Notes: generated from the sequence alone by a model not told the origin. A DNA stretch of 64,000 bases from Lama glama (GCA_028534125.1 CM052816.1:26724001-26788000); one strand, 5' to 3'. Counted from the stretch's first letter, positions 51,930 through 64,000 are shown. Program-made: numbers and translations.

Positions 51930-53210
51930 AGAAGCTACTCCAAGGGCAGATGCGGTCACAGACGCGGACCGGTCCTCAGAGTCCCCCGCCCTGGAATTCG
52001 CGAGTTGCCAGGCGGACCCGGAGCCCAGAGAGTCATCGACTTTGGATCAGGTTTAATATGCGTCTACGCGGTAAGTTCCTGGAGATGCCCCAGCGCGCAC
52101 CCCTCAGCTCCCGGGTCCCAGTCGAGGCTGCCAAACCCGAGCAGCGCTGGCTCACTCCTGACCCCGGCGCCCAGCGGACCCTCCGCCCTCGCGGCGGTTG
52201 GACGCGGCTGCGCCCTCGGTGGCGCGCCTCTGCAAGTCCCTAGTTTGGGTCGCTGGGCTGAACTTGGGAGGAGGCGCTCCAGGCTCCAGCCCTGCCCCAG
52301 CCGCTCCATCCACAACCCCCCCACCCCCTCCACCGGGAAGTGCGCAGGCGCAGCCGGCCAGGAGTCCCGCCAGCTGTCGCGTCGGAGTCGCTGCTGCCAC
52401 TGCCACCGCTCACCATGGGCTCGAGTCCCCGGCTGCTGCTTTCTCTCGTGCTTTGCGTGGGGCTCAGCGCGCTCGTGCCTTCTACGGGGGCCTCGGGCGT
52501 CCGTAAGAGAGGCCCCTCGGTGACGGCCAAGGTGACCGAGCGGCGGGCAGCAACTTCCCCTCGTGCTGACCGTGGGGGATGAGGCAGCTTTGGGGACTGG
52601 AATCTCCGGGCGAGGGGCGGGGAGGGGGCTTCCCGGTCGCTGAGGACTGGAGGCGGGGGCGGGGCTTGGTGGGAGGGGGCTGCCCGCGCGCGGGGGCCGC
52701 TATCCCCCTGGAGATTTGAGGGCGCAGGGCCGTGTCCCAGCCTGCCCCCTCCACAGACTGTCTGAACTCTGTCTCCCGGGCTGGTGGTCCGACGTGACCG
52801 GCCCAGGAGCTGGGAGAAGCTTCCGGAACCGGTGGGCCCTTTCTCCAGGAAGGAGACAACCGAGTACTTCCTACGGCGTGGCGGGGACTCCGGAATAGAA
52901 GCAGGAAGAATGTGGGGCGGGGTGGCGGGGTAGGGAGAGGATGGGCGGAGGAGACGCGCTTCGAGTGGAGGGGTTGCACTGGGCCGCCCGCCGCGGCTGT
53001 CACCCGGCCTGGCGGAGCCCAGGTCCAGCTCCTGTTGCAGTGGTGCCGGTGCAGGCGTTACCTGGCTTTTCTTAAACGAAAGGCTGTTCTTCTCAATGTA
53101 GAAATCATCATCCTCCCCTGCGAGGGAGAGGTGCTATTTGCAGACTCTGGCGGCTGGCGGGTAGACTCTGGACTTGGGATGGTCCCAGCACAGCACGGGC
53201 GGCACCTGTG
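51930..53210. promoter_or_regulatory. PPIC promoter CpG island
   Basis: CpG-dense, GC boxes, ETS-like gggaagtg at about 52336, surrounding exon 1. Confidence 0.85.
52415..52531 (+). CDS. PPIC: PPIC exon 1 coding portion (signal peptide)
   Basis: Kozak ctcacc[43 protein letters not shown]; donor AAG|gtgacc; 117 nt. Confidence 0.96.
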
Positions 53211-53859
53211 TAACTGAGACCAGCCTTTTCATCTCGATTAGGCGGGACATCTGCCATAGACTGTGTCTTTACCGCTTCAGCTCTTTTTTTTTTCCCCAGC
53301 ATGTTTACCCAAGGCTAGAAGATAATGGGAGGGTGCAGGGAGAGACGAAGGGAGGGAATGATTTGGTGCCCTTGATCATCACTTCGAGAAAACCCGCTGG
53401 CGGTAGCGTCTTGGAATCTGGAAGGAAGGGCAGCTGCAAGTGGTCTTAACAATCAGTCTGGTGTTTGCCAGGAGAAATGATAGTGTTGAACTAGTAGTAG
53501 AATGTCTTCACCCTCTACCACAGACCCCACCTGAGGACAGGTCAGGATAAAGGGCGGGGGAGGTTCAGTCCAACATCTGATGGAGCCTAAGGGTGAACAG
53601 AAAGGCCGCGCTACGGGGTGTGTGCAGTGATAAACTGAGCCTGATTGATTTGAGCGCTGATTCTCCTCCCAGCCCCTTGATGTTTTTTGCGTATCTAAGT
53701 TTTGGGAAATAGCTTACACAAGGCCACAGAGCTGAAGGGTTGGGGGTGGGGGGAGGAGTGGTGCTTTAGCCTGCAGATACTGGGGGGGGGGTGTCTCATG
53801 GGATACAGCCATAAACATAAAATTCATAAAATGATGAAATGAAGGAAATACACCCTAAT

Positions 53860-54090
53860 ATAGGGTTTTAAAGAATGGGATTGACATGATCTCATATATA
53901 CTTTTAAACAATTACTGTGGCTGCTCAGTGGAGAGTGAAGTGGGAGGTCATTCAGAGCTCCAGGTCAGAGTCCAGATGGTGGTGGCTTGGAATAGGGGGG
54001 ATATTTGTGGAAATGGGAAACCAGGGAGGGACTGAAAATAGACTTTTGAAGTATAACTAACAGAACTTGCCGATGGTTTAGATAGGGATA
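53860..54090 (-). mobile_element. L2 LINE fragment
   Basis: gacatgatctcatatatacttttaaacaattactgtggctgct ... agatggtggtggcttgga ... aacagaacttgccgatggtttagat. Confidence 0.65.
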
Positions 54091-54104
54091 GGGGAGTGGG
54101 AGTA

Positions 54105-54203
54105 GGTTTGCCAGATAAAATACAGGATGCCCTGTTAGATGTGAATTTCAGATAAGCAACAAATAATTTCTTAGTGTGAGGACATCACCTATACTATTTG
54201 GGA
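54105..54203. mobile_element. hAT-Charlie MITE fragment (MER3/MER33-like)
   Basis: ggtttgccagataaaatacaggatgcc...gtgaatttcagataagcaacaaataattt. Confidence 0.7.
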
Positions 54204-54642
54204 ACAAGCTTCACCCTGGAAGCTTTCAGACCTACCAGTTCAGAGACCCACCCCAGAGCAAGTAATCACAATCTGTGGAGGTGTGCAGCCTGGACTGGGA
54301 ATCTCTCAGAGAGAGGAGGAAGCTGGCGGCTGCACGAGGGGGAAAGTTGGGGCATCTCAGCCTTGAGTCCAGGGTGCTGTCACTGAGTTTTCCTGTGCTG
54401 TACTTTTGAAATAGTCACTCAGCGTATCTCCTTTTTTCTCCACGAGTTTGTCATTAAGTTCTAAAAACTAGCTGTGTAGGCATGTCCTTCTACAGATTCA
54501 TCTCTGTTGAATTACCTTTTCAGTGGGCATTTTAAAAATAGCGAATCTATTGGAAAATGGAGACATTAAAAATGATTTGTCTGATATGGAAAAGTAGATT
54601 AATTGGTTATCATTCTAGTGTATTGTTTTCCCAGTAGTCTTT

Positions 54643-54790
54643 TTTTTTTTAATCTTTTTTGGGAGGGAGGAGGTTACTAGGTTTATTTATTTTTATTTTA
54701 TTATAATTTTAAGTAGAGGTACTGGGGATTGAACCCAGGACCTTGTGCATGCTAAGCACACAATCTACCACTGAGCTATATCTACCCCTC
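54643..54790 (-). mobile_element. tRNA-Ala-derived SINE (camelid Vic-1-like) in PPIC intron 1
   Basis: Reverse complement: tatagctcagtggtagattgtgtgcttagcatgcacaaggtcctgggttcaatccccagtacctc plus A-rich tail; TSD tcccagtagtcttt (54629-54642) / tcctaggagtcttt (54791-54804), 12/14 identical. Confidence 0.88.
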
Positions 54791-55169
54791 TCCTAGGAGT
54801 CTTTACTTTTTCCTCTGATTTTGTTTAAAAATAGGAATCTGTAAATAAGAGAGGTGTGAAGTACTGCACCCCCCTCCCAGGGCCCTTTCATGGCACTTAC
54901 CTTGTCCATGAATCCTGCTGACAGCCACCACCTCAGCTTCCTGCCCAGCCATAGAGGGCTAGGGTCAGGGCTCTGTCTCGAAGTCCACTGAATTGGCACT
55001 GGCAGCCCTGCATTTTCCAGCAGATGCCATGGGCTCTGTGCAGGGAAAGGCACCACGAGTATAGAAAGTGATGCTGCTGTCTTTCCAGTTGCACACACGA
55101 CACAGCTTGCTGGCACTTTCTGCAGCTTGGTTGGCCAAGAGGCTGAGGCCGTGAGTTATCTGATAATGT

Positions 55170-55445
55170 CTGAGGCTTGCCTCTGTAAATAGAGATAGAA
55201 ATAATACCTACTGGAGGCAGGGTTTTGCATATTAGATGTGATAATGCAGGTAAAGCACTTAGCCCCAGTTGAAGTTCCTGATTTAAGAGGTCAATTGTTA
55301 GTGTTATTCGTGTTGTCTTAGTAATCCTCACGGGCAGTGCAGCCCTGAGAGGAATCATCATCTGCGTACAGATGAGGAAAAGGAGCTCAGAGTTGCCCAA
55401 GGTCCCACAGCCACTTATTAGTGGAGCTAGGTTTGGGAACAGTTT
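55170..55445. mobile_element. Two MIR fragments in opposite orientations
   Basis: ctgtaaat...ataatacctac...attagatgtgataatgcaggtaaagcacttagc (+), then acagatgaggaaa...gcccaaggtcccacagccacttattagtggagctagg (-). Confidence 0.65.
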
Positions 55446-56542
55446 CCTTGACATCACAGCTCACATACTTGGTGTCTTCCCCAGCTGCTTTGCAAATGGA
55501 AGCAGGATTAACAATACAGGCGTTTGGGGCAGACTGTTTTGAGTGCCTCTGGCCTCTTCCCCTGTCTCTCCTCACCTCCAGTGCCCCATAATTTTCAAAT
55601 GACTTTCAAGGGCAGCCATAAGGGGAAAAAGGAGTGACTGAGGCGCCTGCTCCTGAAGTGCAACGTGGAATCCAAGTTCCACCTTTTCCAGGAAGCCCGC
55701 CCTGATCCCTACAGAAGCAACCTCTGTCCGTGGCATTTTATCTGTGCACGTCTTCTGATAAAACCTGACTTCCCATTATATTATAGCTCCCTGTACATGT
55801 GCTTTCTCTCCTGTGGGACTGTGACTCCAGGGGGTAGGGGCTTTGCAGCCCCACCACTTGTTTAGCACAGGGCCTGTTCCCAAGGACAGGCATCAAAGTC
55901 AGATGATCTAGGGTGAGAGGGTTTGCCTGACAGCCACCCTGGCCACCTGCACCGAGTGTGTAGGTGTGTGTGTCCTGGTCCTCATTATCACCTTACATTG
56001 AACTATTTAGACTTTCTTGAGAACCTGCTTGAGCTGACACTGTGCTGGGCACTGGGGATCTAAGAACAGCTTTTCTACCCCCTTAGGGAATCCTTGCATA
56101 GTCAGAGAGAGCCATATTAACGATCAATGGAAGTCTAACTGGACTCAGCCTCAGACTGAAATTTTGTCTTTCACACTTCTAACATGGCCTAACAAAACCT
56201 GTATCTTTTAGTCAGCATCCTTCCTTCGCCATCTGGAGCTGGTGAGAGTTTCCCTTCCCAGCCGGTTGTGGTCAGAAGGGTTGTGGTGCTTCTCTGCACG
56301 TGGATCAGATTTCCTGCCTTGGTGCTCTGGTTCCAGAAAGAACTCTGCCAGGTGGGGCTTGTGTCCACTCTTGTCCCTGGAGGCTGCTCCCTTCTTTCAG
56401 GCTGGCCTCACATCACACCTTCTCTAGGATGCCTTCCTTCAGCCCTTAACATCCCTCCAGAACGCTATACAGTGTTCTTGGGGCACTTGTCACATGTGGC
56501 CACCTTGTATTGTGGTTGTTCATTTTCTTGGCCTGTCTCTTT

Positions 56543-56945
56543 TTTTTTTTTATTGAAGTTTAGTTGATTTACAATGTTGTGTTAATTTCTGGTGCATAGC
56601 AAAGTAACTCAGTTGTGTGTGTGTGTGTATTTTTTCATACTCTTTTCCATTATGGTTTATTATAGGATATTGAATATAGTTCCCCATGCTGTTCATCTAT
56701 TTTATATATAGTAGTGTGTATCTGTTGATCTCAAACTCTTGATTTATCCCTCTCCTCCTTTCCCCTTTGGTAACCATAAGTTTATTTTCTACAGCTCTGA
56801 GTCTGTTTCTGTTTTGTACGTAAGTTCATTTGTATCATTTTTTAGATTCCACATATAAGTGATCTCATAGGATACTTGGCTTTCTCTGTCTGACTTAGTT
56901 CACTTAGTATGATCATCTCTAGGTCCATCCATGTTGCTGCAAATA
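56543..56945 (-). mobile_element. 5'-truncated L1 3'UTR with TSD in PPIC intron 1
   Basis: polyT, attgaagtttagttgatttacaat ... tagattccacatataagtgat ... ccatgttgctgcaaat; TSD cttggcctgtctcttt (56527-56542) / cttggccggtctcttt (56946-56961). Confidence 0.92.
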
Positions 56946-58803
56946 CTTGGCCGGTCTCTTTATGTAAGCTCCCTTAGGACATGGATGCCCTCCAGGAGCT
57001 GGTCCCCTCACACTGCCTTTATATAGATCTTTGACAAATATTTGTTGACAATAAGAACTGATTTTCTCATTTCCATTAGAGTTAGGGAAACTATGCTATA
57101 TTTTCTTGCCATCACTCCATTGAATGTGAAGGACGCTGAGGTTTGGGGAAAAAATCATATTAATACATGTGCTAGGCCACGTGTAAGAAAAGGAGATTCT
57201 TATTGAAGAGCTATGCTGGGTGACAGACACTTTTTCTTCATCTTCTCACACTGCTCTCTCACATTTTATTCTCTTTGCTGTGGAGATGTTCATGGGCTTT
57301 ATTTTCTCTTCTTTATTTTTCAAGTCTCGCAGGCTTTTCTAGTGGCTTACGTGATGCCTCTTTACAATTATGTCCCCGACTCTTTTCCTGGTGCTGCTTC
57401 CTTATTGCTAGTTATTGAATTTACTCCTTGGCTCGGAAATCCCTTTGGAGAACCTGCTTCTCTTTGGCCCCAGCTCTGCACAACTGGGCTCCTGTGCACG
57501 TGAATGCTGCTTCCTGAATTGTCCTTCTCTAGTGCACTGCTGCATCTCAAGGGCACGGTCTTTTGTGCATTCTGGAAAGTTCTATTATATAAAGAAAACA
57601 ATTTTTGCTGCTTTGGCCATGTAAAATTGCAGAATGCCACATGGAACACTAAATATCACATCACCCGGTGACAGATGAACTGACGTATTGGCAGAAGCCC
57701 TCGTCTTGGACTAAATAAAGCTTGACAGTCTTTACTTAGTGATTTTTCTAAATTGTACGACATCTTTTTCTGTGACAACCCTTCTTATTTTTTTTTTAAA
57801 GCCATCTCTTAAATGTCTTTTTTTATCCATTCAAACAGTAAATTGGTTCATATAATCTAAACTTGCTAATAGAATGCCCTTTGACTCCGTGGCCTTTTCA
57901 AGCGTTCTGTCTCAGAATCGTCTGAACACAGTGATTTGTGAAGGAAAACATGTATAATTTCATTTCAGATGAAACGGTTAAAAAAGGTTCAAGAGAACTT
58001 TTAAGGTTTATCTGCAAAAAAGTGACTCACACTGCTGATGTGTGCTTTCTTTCTTCAGTTCTAAAATGTTGTGATAGAGGAAGGACACATTCTACTTGTG
58101 CAACTTCGGGAACATGACGACTGCATTCGGTGTCTGAGTGTACAGGGAAAATGGTCCTGTCAGGACCCGAGTGTAACGTCTGCTGTTCTCTGGACGTGCT
58201 GGAGCCCTGGTGCCTTAGCACGTGGCGGGCCTTTTGGAGGAGTGCTGTATGTTTTGATCATCTTTCGCAGTTCCCTTGACAGCAGATGTCTATTGAGCAC
58301 TCAGTGGGAATTTGGCAGTGCTCGAATTTAAAAATAAATAAATCTGGATGGTTAGATAATTTCTCTCCTCACCAGTTTTTTTCTCCTGCCAAGACTGGAG
58401 AGCATTACCTCTCAGAAGAAGAAGTCTCCACTCTTACCTGCATCTACAAAGCTAGGAAACAGGAGGCGACAGCAGTGTTGGTCTGGGGCGAGGAGGAGAG
58501 GAGTTCCTGGAGACATTACTGGCTGCCTCTCACAGCATTGAGTCAGACTTTAAACCGTTCCTGGTAGAGGGCCTGGCCCAGGGGGGTGCTCCATAAATGT
58601 GTGGTAAATGAATATTTGTGAGGGAGAAGCACCTACAGAACGGTTTCAGAGCTCTAATTTATCTCATGCTCCTTCACGACCCCTTTATAAAATACTGGTG
58701 GGCAGGGCTCTTACATGCGAATCGACTCCCAGATTGTAACGCTCACCTACCCTATAGCGCGGCTTTTCCATCTTATAACCTTCTGCCTTTCAACCACACA
58801 CAG

Positions 58804-58917
58804 GTCTTCTTTGATGTGAGGATTGGAGATAAAGATGTTGGCAGAATAGTGATTGGCCTCTTTGGAAAAGTCGTGCCCAAGACTGTGGAAAATTTTGTCG
58901 CTCTGGCAACAGGAGAG
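58804..58917 (+). CDS. PPIC: PPIC exon 2
   Basis: cag|[38 protein letters not shown]|gtatat; 114 nt. Confidence 0.97.
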
Positions 58918-59370
58918 GTATATCTCGGTTTTATTCCCGTTAACTGTGCACACAATTGGATCTTCCTTCTTTTAAGCCAAGCATAAAGATGCATGCTGGG
59001 AAAATAAGTATTAAGTTAGTAAGTGAGATGAACCTGAGACATCTAATAATATTTTACTTTATTTTCCTATTAAATGTGTATTCTTCAAGCACTCAGGGTT
59101 TTAGAAAGTGGGGGGAAACAGTTATCAAGTGAAAATGCAGATTTCTCTATTTTACTTATGCACATTAGTACTTTACTTCCATAGTTTGTTTATGTATTTT
59201 TTGGTCAGCTAAAGATAAATTTCTATCAGTAAATTATTGCAAGGACCTGATCTAGTTCTGTAGATATTTTGTGTAACTTTCTCATTTTGTCATTTCCAGA
59301 TAAACACTGGGCTTTATCTTTCAGTATGGGTTATATCTACTTATATATTCAATTGACTTAATCTCTTTAG

Positions 59371-59464
59371 AGAGGATATGGATATAAAGGAAGCAAATTT
59401 CATCGCGTCATCAAAGATTTCATGATTCAAGGAGGAGACTTCACCCGTGGAGACGGCACTGGCG
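59371..59464 (+). CDS. PPIC: PPIC exon 3 (catalytic Arg region; absent from the supplied ORF track)
   Basis: ctctttag|[31 protein letters not shown](G)|gtaatg; 94 nt; R89, F94, M95, Q97 correspond to CypA R55, F60, M61, Q63. Confidence 0.97.
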
Positions 59465-61766
59465 GTAATGTGGTCTCTCACATTTTTCCTTTCCTGCTTA
59501 CCAAAGTGAAACCTAAGATTAAGACAATATACTTATCCAGTATATCGAACTCCCAGGTTTAAAGAACAAAGTCATAAAGACAACCAATCTAATTCTTTAA
59601 GAAGGATGGAGTTTGGGGGGGCCTCATCTAACAAGATCTTGGTAGGTACAAATGAGTTAGGCTTCCTAATTTAAAACAGTATTGCTTTGGTGTTCATTAT
59701 CTTTCTATAGTGGAGATGTACTGTTCTGCAGTGATTGAATGGTAGACTCCTAGTATGTAGCAGTACAGAAAGACGTTTGTCATCACAAAGAAAGGTAGGC
59801 TATAAAACTGTACAGTGTGGTGGCAGCCAGCTGCAAATGTGTAGTTGGTGCAGGAGGCCTGAGGGCATCATGCCAGGGTGATCAGACTGACATTTAGGTG
59901 ACAGGATTACAGGTGAATTTGCCTCCTTCTTTCAAAATTCTTTCATTTTACTGTGAGCTTTTCAATAATTTAAAAAAATGAAAGTAATAGACAAGTTGTC
60001 AAATATAATGTAGCTTAATTTTTATCAACAAAGTTAGAGTTCTTTGAAGTACAAATAATTAAGTTTATAGCTTTTCAGATATCCCTGAGCTTACTGTTTC
60101 TGAGGATTCCAGCTACCCAGCCCCCATGACCGTTTTTCCTCAAAAATGTTGTGAGTTCTTTTCCTGAACACACACACAATATACATAATTACACAGAATT
60201 TAAATTTACTTCAGGTTTAAGATTTCTATTTCAGCAAATACTGGTTTTGGTGGATATTAAACTGCTAACTTTTTAAAGAAACACTTGGGTCATTTTCAAG
60301 CACTAGGGCTAATTTTATGTTTATTGCAATGGTTTATTTATAACAAAATGGCTACCATTAAAGGCTTGGCTTTGTCCAAAATTTCAGGACGATTGTTTTA
60401 GTCCCTGCAGAGATGCTGCCAGGCATGGGAATGTTGAATGGAGCAGAAGAACATGTGCAGGTTGCTTGGGTTAATGGGGATGGTGGGGATGCTTGGCACA
60501 GTAGTCCCAGCCGCTGCAGAGCTGAGTCTCCCTGGAAAAGCCTGCAGCTCCAGTACTGGTCCCCTCTGGACTGGCACCCCACCATCCTGCCTGAGGCCCT
60601 GAAGTAATGGTGACAGAGCTTTACTGTGTCCTCTTTTCTTTGTGTGTCTCTGCCTGCTTTTCCTGCCATATGTGTGTGTGCATGTGCAGAGTTAAAATGT
60701 TCTGTTTTGGAGATAGGACCTTTTGGATCACTTAAATTTAGCCTAGACCTCTCTGCAGGCAGAACTTTCCTGCCAGGCCATCTTGTGTGTCACTGACCAA
60801 TCAGCTATAAATTGTTTGCCTTTGATATCCACTTCTGGTCCTTCTAACTGAGCCAGGGCTTTAAGGTTGGTCACCGATGGATAAGGTGTCCTAAAGTGGA
60901 GGAGGTGGGCATGACAGGCACTCAAGGTGTTGGAGAATGGAGAGATACTTCTCCTGGTCCGTACTGTTGTTTTATAGGAAAAATGTGTTCTGCTCTCCCT
61001 GCTGCTATGCTAGGACTCCAGCCTACATGCCTGCCTCTGGGGCTTCTGTTCAAGGTTGGATCCTTGGGTGCTCTCGATTGCCGTCACCCTCTGTATCCTG
61101 GTGAGCCCTGAAGTCACTACGCCTAATGCCTTCCAGGCTGGCACTATTGCTCTTAGTGCTGAGGCAGGAAAGAGTGTTAGAGTCAGAACATCACTGTTCA
61201 TGTCCTGCTCTGCCGTTTGTGAGTCTGATAATCTCTGTTTACCATTCAGAATAGGAATGAGAATACCCGTTCTCTGGGACTGTTGTGAGAATTAGCTGAG
61301 AGTGTAGAGTAGGTGCATACTGCACTCTAGTTGGGTTGGGTGCTGAGACAGGAGTGACCCAGGACAAGTGAGCTGAATCTCAGGACAGAGTTGGAGCCAC
61401 TAGGAAGGCTCGTTCTCTCTCTCTCTGGGTTCAGGATTTCATCCTGTCCATTGCTTCCTTCCCACTTCAGAGTGAAATCACTGACTTGCTTGGTCATGGT
61501 TTGGGTCTTGGTTTGAGGCCAGAGGGGACCCTACTATTTTGTGTCATACTTTCATTTGTCTGTTTCAGTCCCTGGTGTTCTGTTTCCTTAAGGAGTTAAT
61601 TTTATCCTCTGCTTTATTCCTCCTTATGTTGGACCATCTTTTCCCACCCCCACCTCCTACAGGCTTCTATTACTCAGTTCTACTCAAACTTTATGTTTTC
61701 CTTTGAGGAATTTCCTTTCATATAACATCTGTTGATTCTCCCCTTTTTTTGTTTTGTCTCACCCAG

Positions 61767-61951
61767 GTATAAGCATTTACGGTGAGACGTTTCCAGATGA
61801 GAACTTCAAACTGAAGCATTATGGCATTGGGTGGGTCAGCATGGCCAATGCAGGGCCGGACACCAACGGCTCTCAGTTCTTTATCACTTTGACCAAGCCC
61901 ACCTGGCTAGATGGCAAGCATGTGGTATTTGGAAAAGTCATCGATGGAATG
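61767..61951 (+). CDS. PPIC: PPIC exon 4
   Basis: acccag|(G)[61 protein letters not shown]|gtaact; 185 nt; W155 and H160 correspond to CypA W121 and H126. Confidence 0.97.
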
Positions 61952-62221
61952 GTAACTTGATATATTATTTTTTCTTGTTCAAAGCTTTATATTTATAATG
62001 GGGGTACCTTTAGTGATTTAATCTATAAATGTGCTTGTTAGAGAGCCATAATTATATGCTGACTTGCCTCTTCCGAGGTGAATAAATTATATGTGGTATG
62101 GTATTTTAATTGTTAGGAGCATTGGGGCAAAGCTGGGGACTTGGCATGAGAAGTTGAGTACTTAATTTATCTCACTACTTGATATAATTGGAAACTCTTT
62201 TTAATGTAATGAACTAAAATC

Positions 62222-62625
62222 CTGTATGTACATACAATGAGATACGATTCAGCCTTAAAAAGGAAGGAAATCATGTCACAGGCTATACAACATGGACAGA
62301 CCTTAAGAATGCTGTGAAGTGAAACAGGCTCGTCACTTAAAGATTGTATGATTCCATTTAAATGAGGTATCTAAAGTAGTCAAATACATGGAAACATAAC
62401 GTAGAATGGTGGCTGCTGGGGGCTTGGGTTCAGAAATGGGGAGCTGGTGTTCCATGGGTATCACTATAAATCTTCAGTTTTACAAGATGAAAAAGTTCTA
62501 GAGATCAGTTGCACAATAATGTGAATATACTTAAATTACTGAACTGTACACTCAGAAATGGGTAAGATGGTAAATTTTATGGTATGTGTTTCTTACCACA
62601 ATTTAAAATAAAATATTTTTAAAAA
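62222..62625 (+). mobile_element. L1 (L1MB-like) 3' end in PPIC intron 4
   Basis: attcagccttaaaaaggaaggaaatc ... tcagttttacaagatgaaaaagttctagagatc ... ttaccacaatttaaaa. Confidence 0.85.
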
Positions 62626-62994
62626 CCCTGAGCCCCACGTGGTTCACTACAGACATAAGTCACCTTCAAAGACACAGAGTATAGCAACCAAAATTACTAA
62701 AGAGAATTCAAGTTTATGCTGCTATGTCTCAAAGAATATCCATGGGGTCCAATTCACAATCATAATCACAATAGGAACCTTAAAATCCTCATTCTCATCC
62801 ACTCCCAACATTACGCATCCTGGGACACCTGCTGCCTGGTCTCAGATGAACAGTCCTTCACAATTTATGAGTCATAAACTACCTTGAAAAACAAATGAAA
62901 ACTGTAACTCTCTTTACAGAAGAAAAAAACAAAACTGTGTTTCTACTGTTGTAAGGGATTTTCAGAATCTTCTGAATTCCATCCTCTGATCCTC

Positions 62995-63190
62995 CAGAGA
63001 TCATCTGGGTTGCTTTGTTAACAGTGGCCCTCACCCCAGACTCACAGAATCAGAACCTCCAGACGTGGGCCCACAAATAAGCATTTAAAAAATTGTGGTA
63101 AAAATAGCACAGAAATGTCCAATTTAACCGTTAAATACACAGGCTTTAAAGTGCCACAGGTAATTCAGACGTGTGGCTGCTGCTCTAGGT
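62995..63190. mobile_element. MER5A-like DNA transposon remnant
   Basis: ggccctcaccccagactcacagaatcagaacctccagacgtgggcccac...gcattt...caggtaattc. Confidence 0.55.
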
Positions 63191-63827
63191 TCACACGTGT
63201 GCACAGGTGCACGTACGTACCCACACCCTTGCCGAGTCCTTGACAGTATGAAGCATAAAGCGATACATGGGCTTCTGGAGCCTTCCAGAGTAGACAAAGG
63301 GGCCTTTACATCACTGTGTGGTTGGGGTTACAGAAGTATCAGATTCAACCTGTAGATTAATGGCTGGGGTCCACTTTAAAATGGGCAAACCCAGAACTAT
63401 CTCTGCTTCTAAATCTGCTTTCTGGCCCACTTTCTTCTGCCTAGACCTCTTATAGAGTGGAGCTGAAACTGACTCAAACGCCATGCTAACTTTTAAGTTG
63501 GGTTCTAACAAGTGAGTAGGAATACTTTTTATTAGAGCTAGATGCTTGTAAAAATATCTAATTTTTTTTAGAATATAAAATACTAATAAAAAGGGACGAA
63601 ACACACAAATATGTTCTTTAATTGGCAAGGTAGTGGGTAAATTTTATTCTGTTATATATAATCTTCCTGACTATTTTTAAATTTTCCATACTTAGCTTGC
63701 ATGGTTTTTATAATCATAAAAAACAACTTATCCCCACTTGGGCTTTCAGACTTCACACTGATTTCACTTCTGGATCACCACTGTTGCTGGTCAGAAGTGA
63801 ACCATGGGTCTACTTTTCTCTCACCAG

Positions 63828-63956
63828 ACAGTGGTCCACTCCATAGAACTGCAGGCAACTGATGGGCATGACCGTCCGCTCACCGACTGCTCCATCGTCA
63901 ACAGCGGCAAGATCGATGTGAAAACGCCCTTTGTGGTAGAGGTCGCTGACTGGTGA
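63828..63956 (+). CDS. PPIC: PPIC exon 5 coding portion with stop; 3'UTR runs off the window
   Basis: ctctcaccag|[42 protein letters not shown] (TGA 63954-63956). Exons sum to 639 nt = 212 aa + stop. Confidence 0.97.
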   Translation, partial: TVVHSIELQATDGHDRPLTDCSIVNSGKIDVKTPFVVEVADW

Positions 63957-64000
63957 TACAACTAGCAGAAAACAAAGAAGCACACACTCTGGCAGGGGTG

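Noticed and set aside
51831..52523. 230-aa ORF across the PPIC promoter and a GTG-initiated in-frame extension from 52340
   Set aside because: CpG-island artefacts; the ATG at 52415 has optimal Kozak context and begins the signal peptide
61761..61772. cag|GTATAA as a recursive (AG|GT) splice site
   Set aside because: The GT is explained by the split Gly codon; the donor match is weak and the introns are short
63954..63965. Possible stop-codon readthrough at the PPIC TGA
   Set aside because: Context is TGA-TACA, not the TGA-CTAG motif, and an in-frame TAG follows after two codons

Overview
Mammalian genomic DNA carrying the head-to-head PRDM6/PPIC locus. Minus strand: the 5' part of PRDM6, comprising a non-coding exon 1 (ends 11855), coding exon 2 (ATG 11353 to 10780) and exon 3 (1801 to 1494, zinc knuckle plus start of the PR/SET domain). 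The rest of the gene lies beyond the left edge. Plus strand: the complete 5-exon, 212-codon CDS of PPIC (cyclophilin C), 52415-63956, with all GT-AG junctions in phase. About 40 kb of repeat-rich intergenic DNA (L1, L2, MIR, MLT1 LTRs) separates the two promoters. Two tRNA-Ala-derived SINEs, and no Alu, B1, Bov-A/BovB, PRE1 or Can-SINE that I could see, suggest a camelid host (inference). I found no convincing novel biological system. The best second-look items are a tiny L1-mediated retrocopy of an unidentified transcript nested in an MLT1 LTR, a start-stop uORF in the PRDM6 5'UTR, candidate intragenic and divergent promoters or enhancers around PRDM6, and an unusual Lys-to-Arg change in the cyclophilin GEKG motif. 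Repeat family names and human comparisons come from recalled sequences, and repeat boundaries are approximate.
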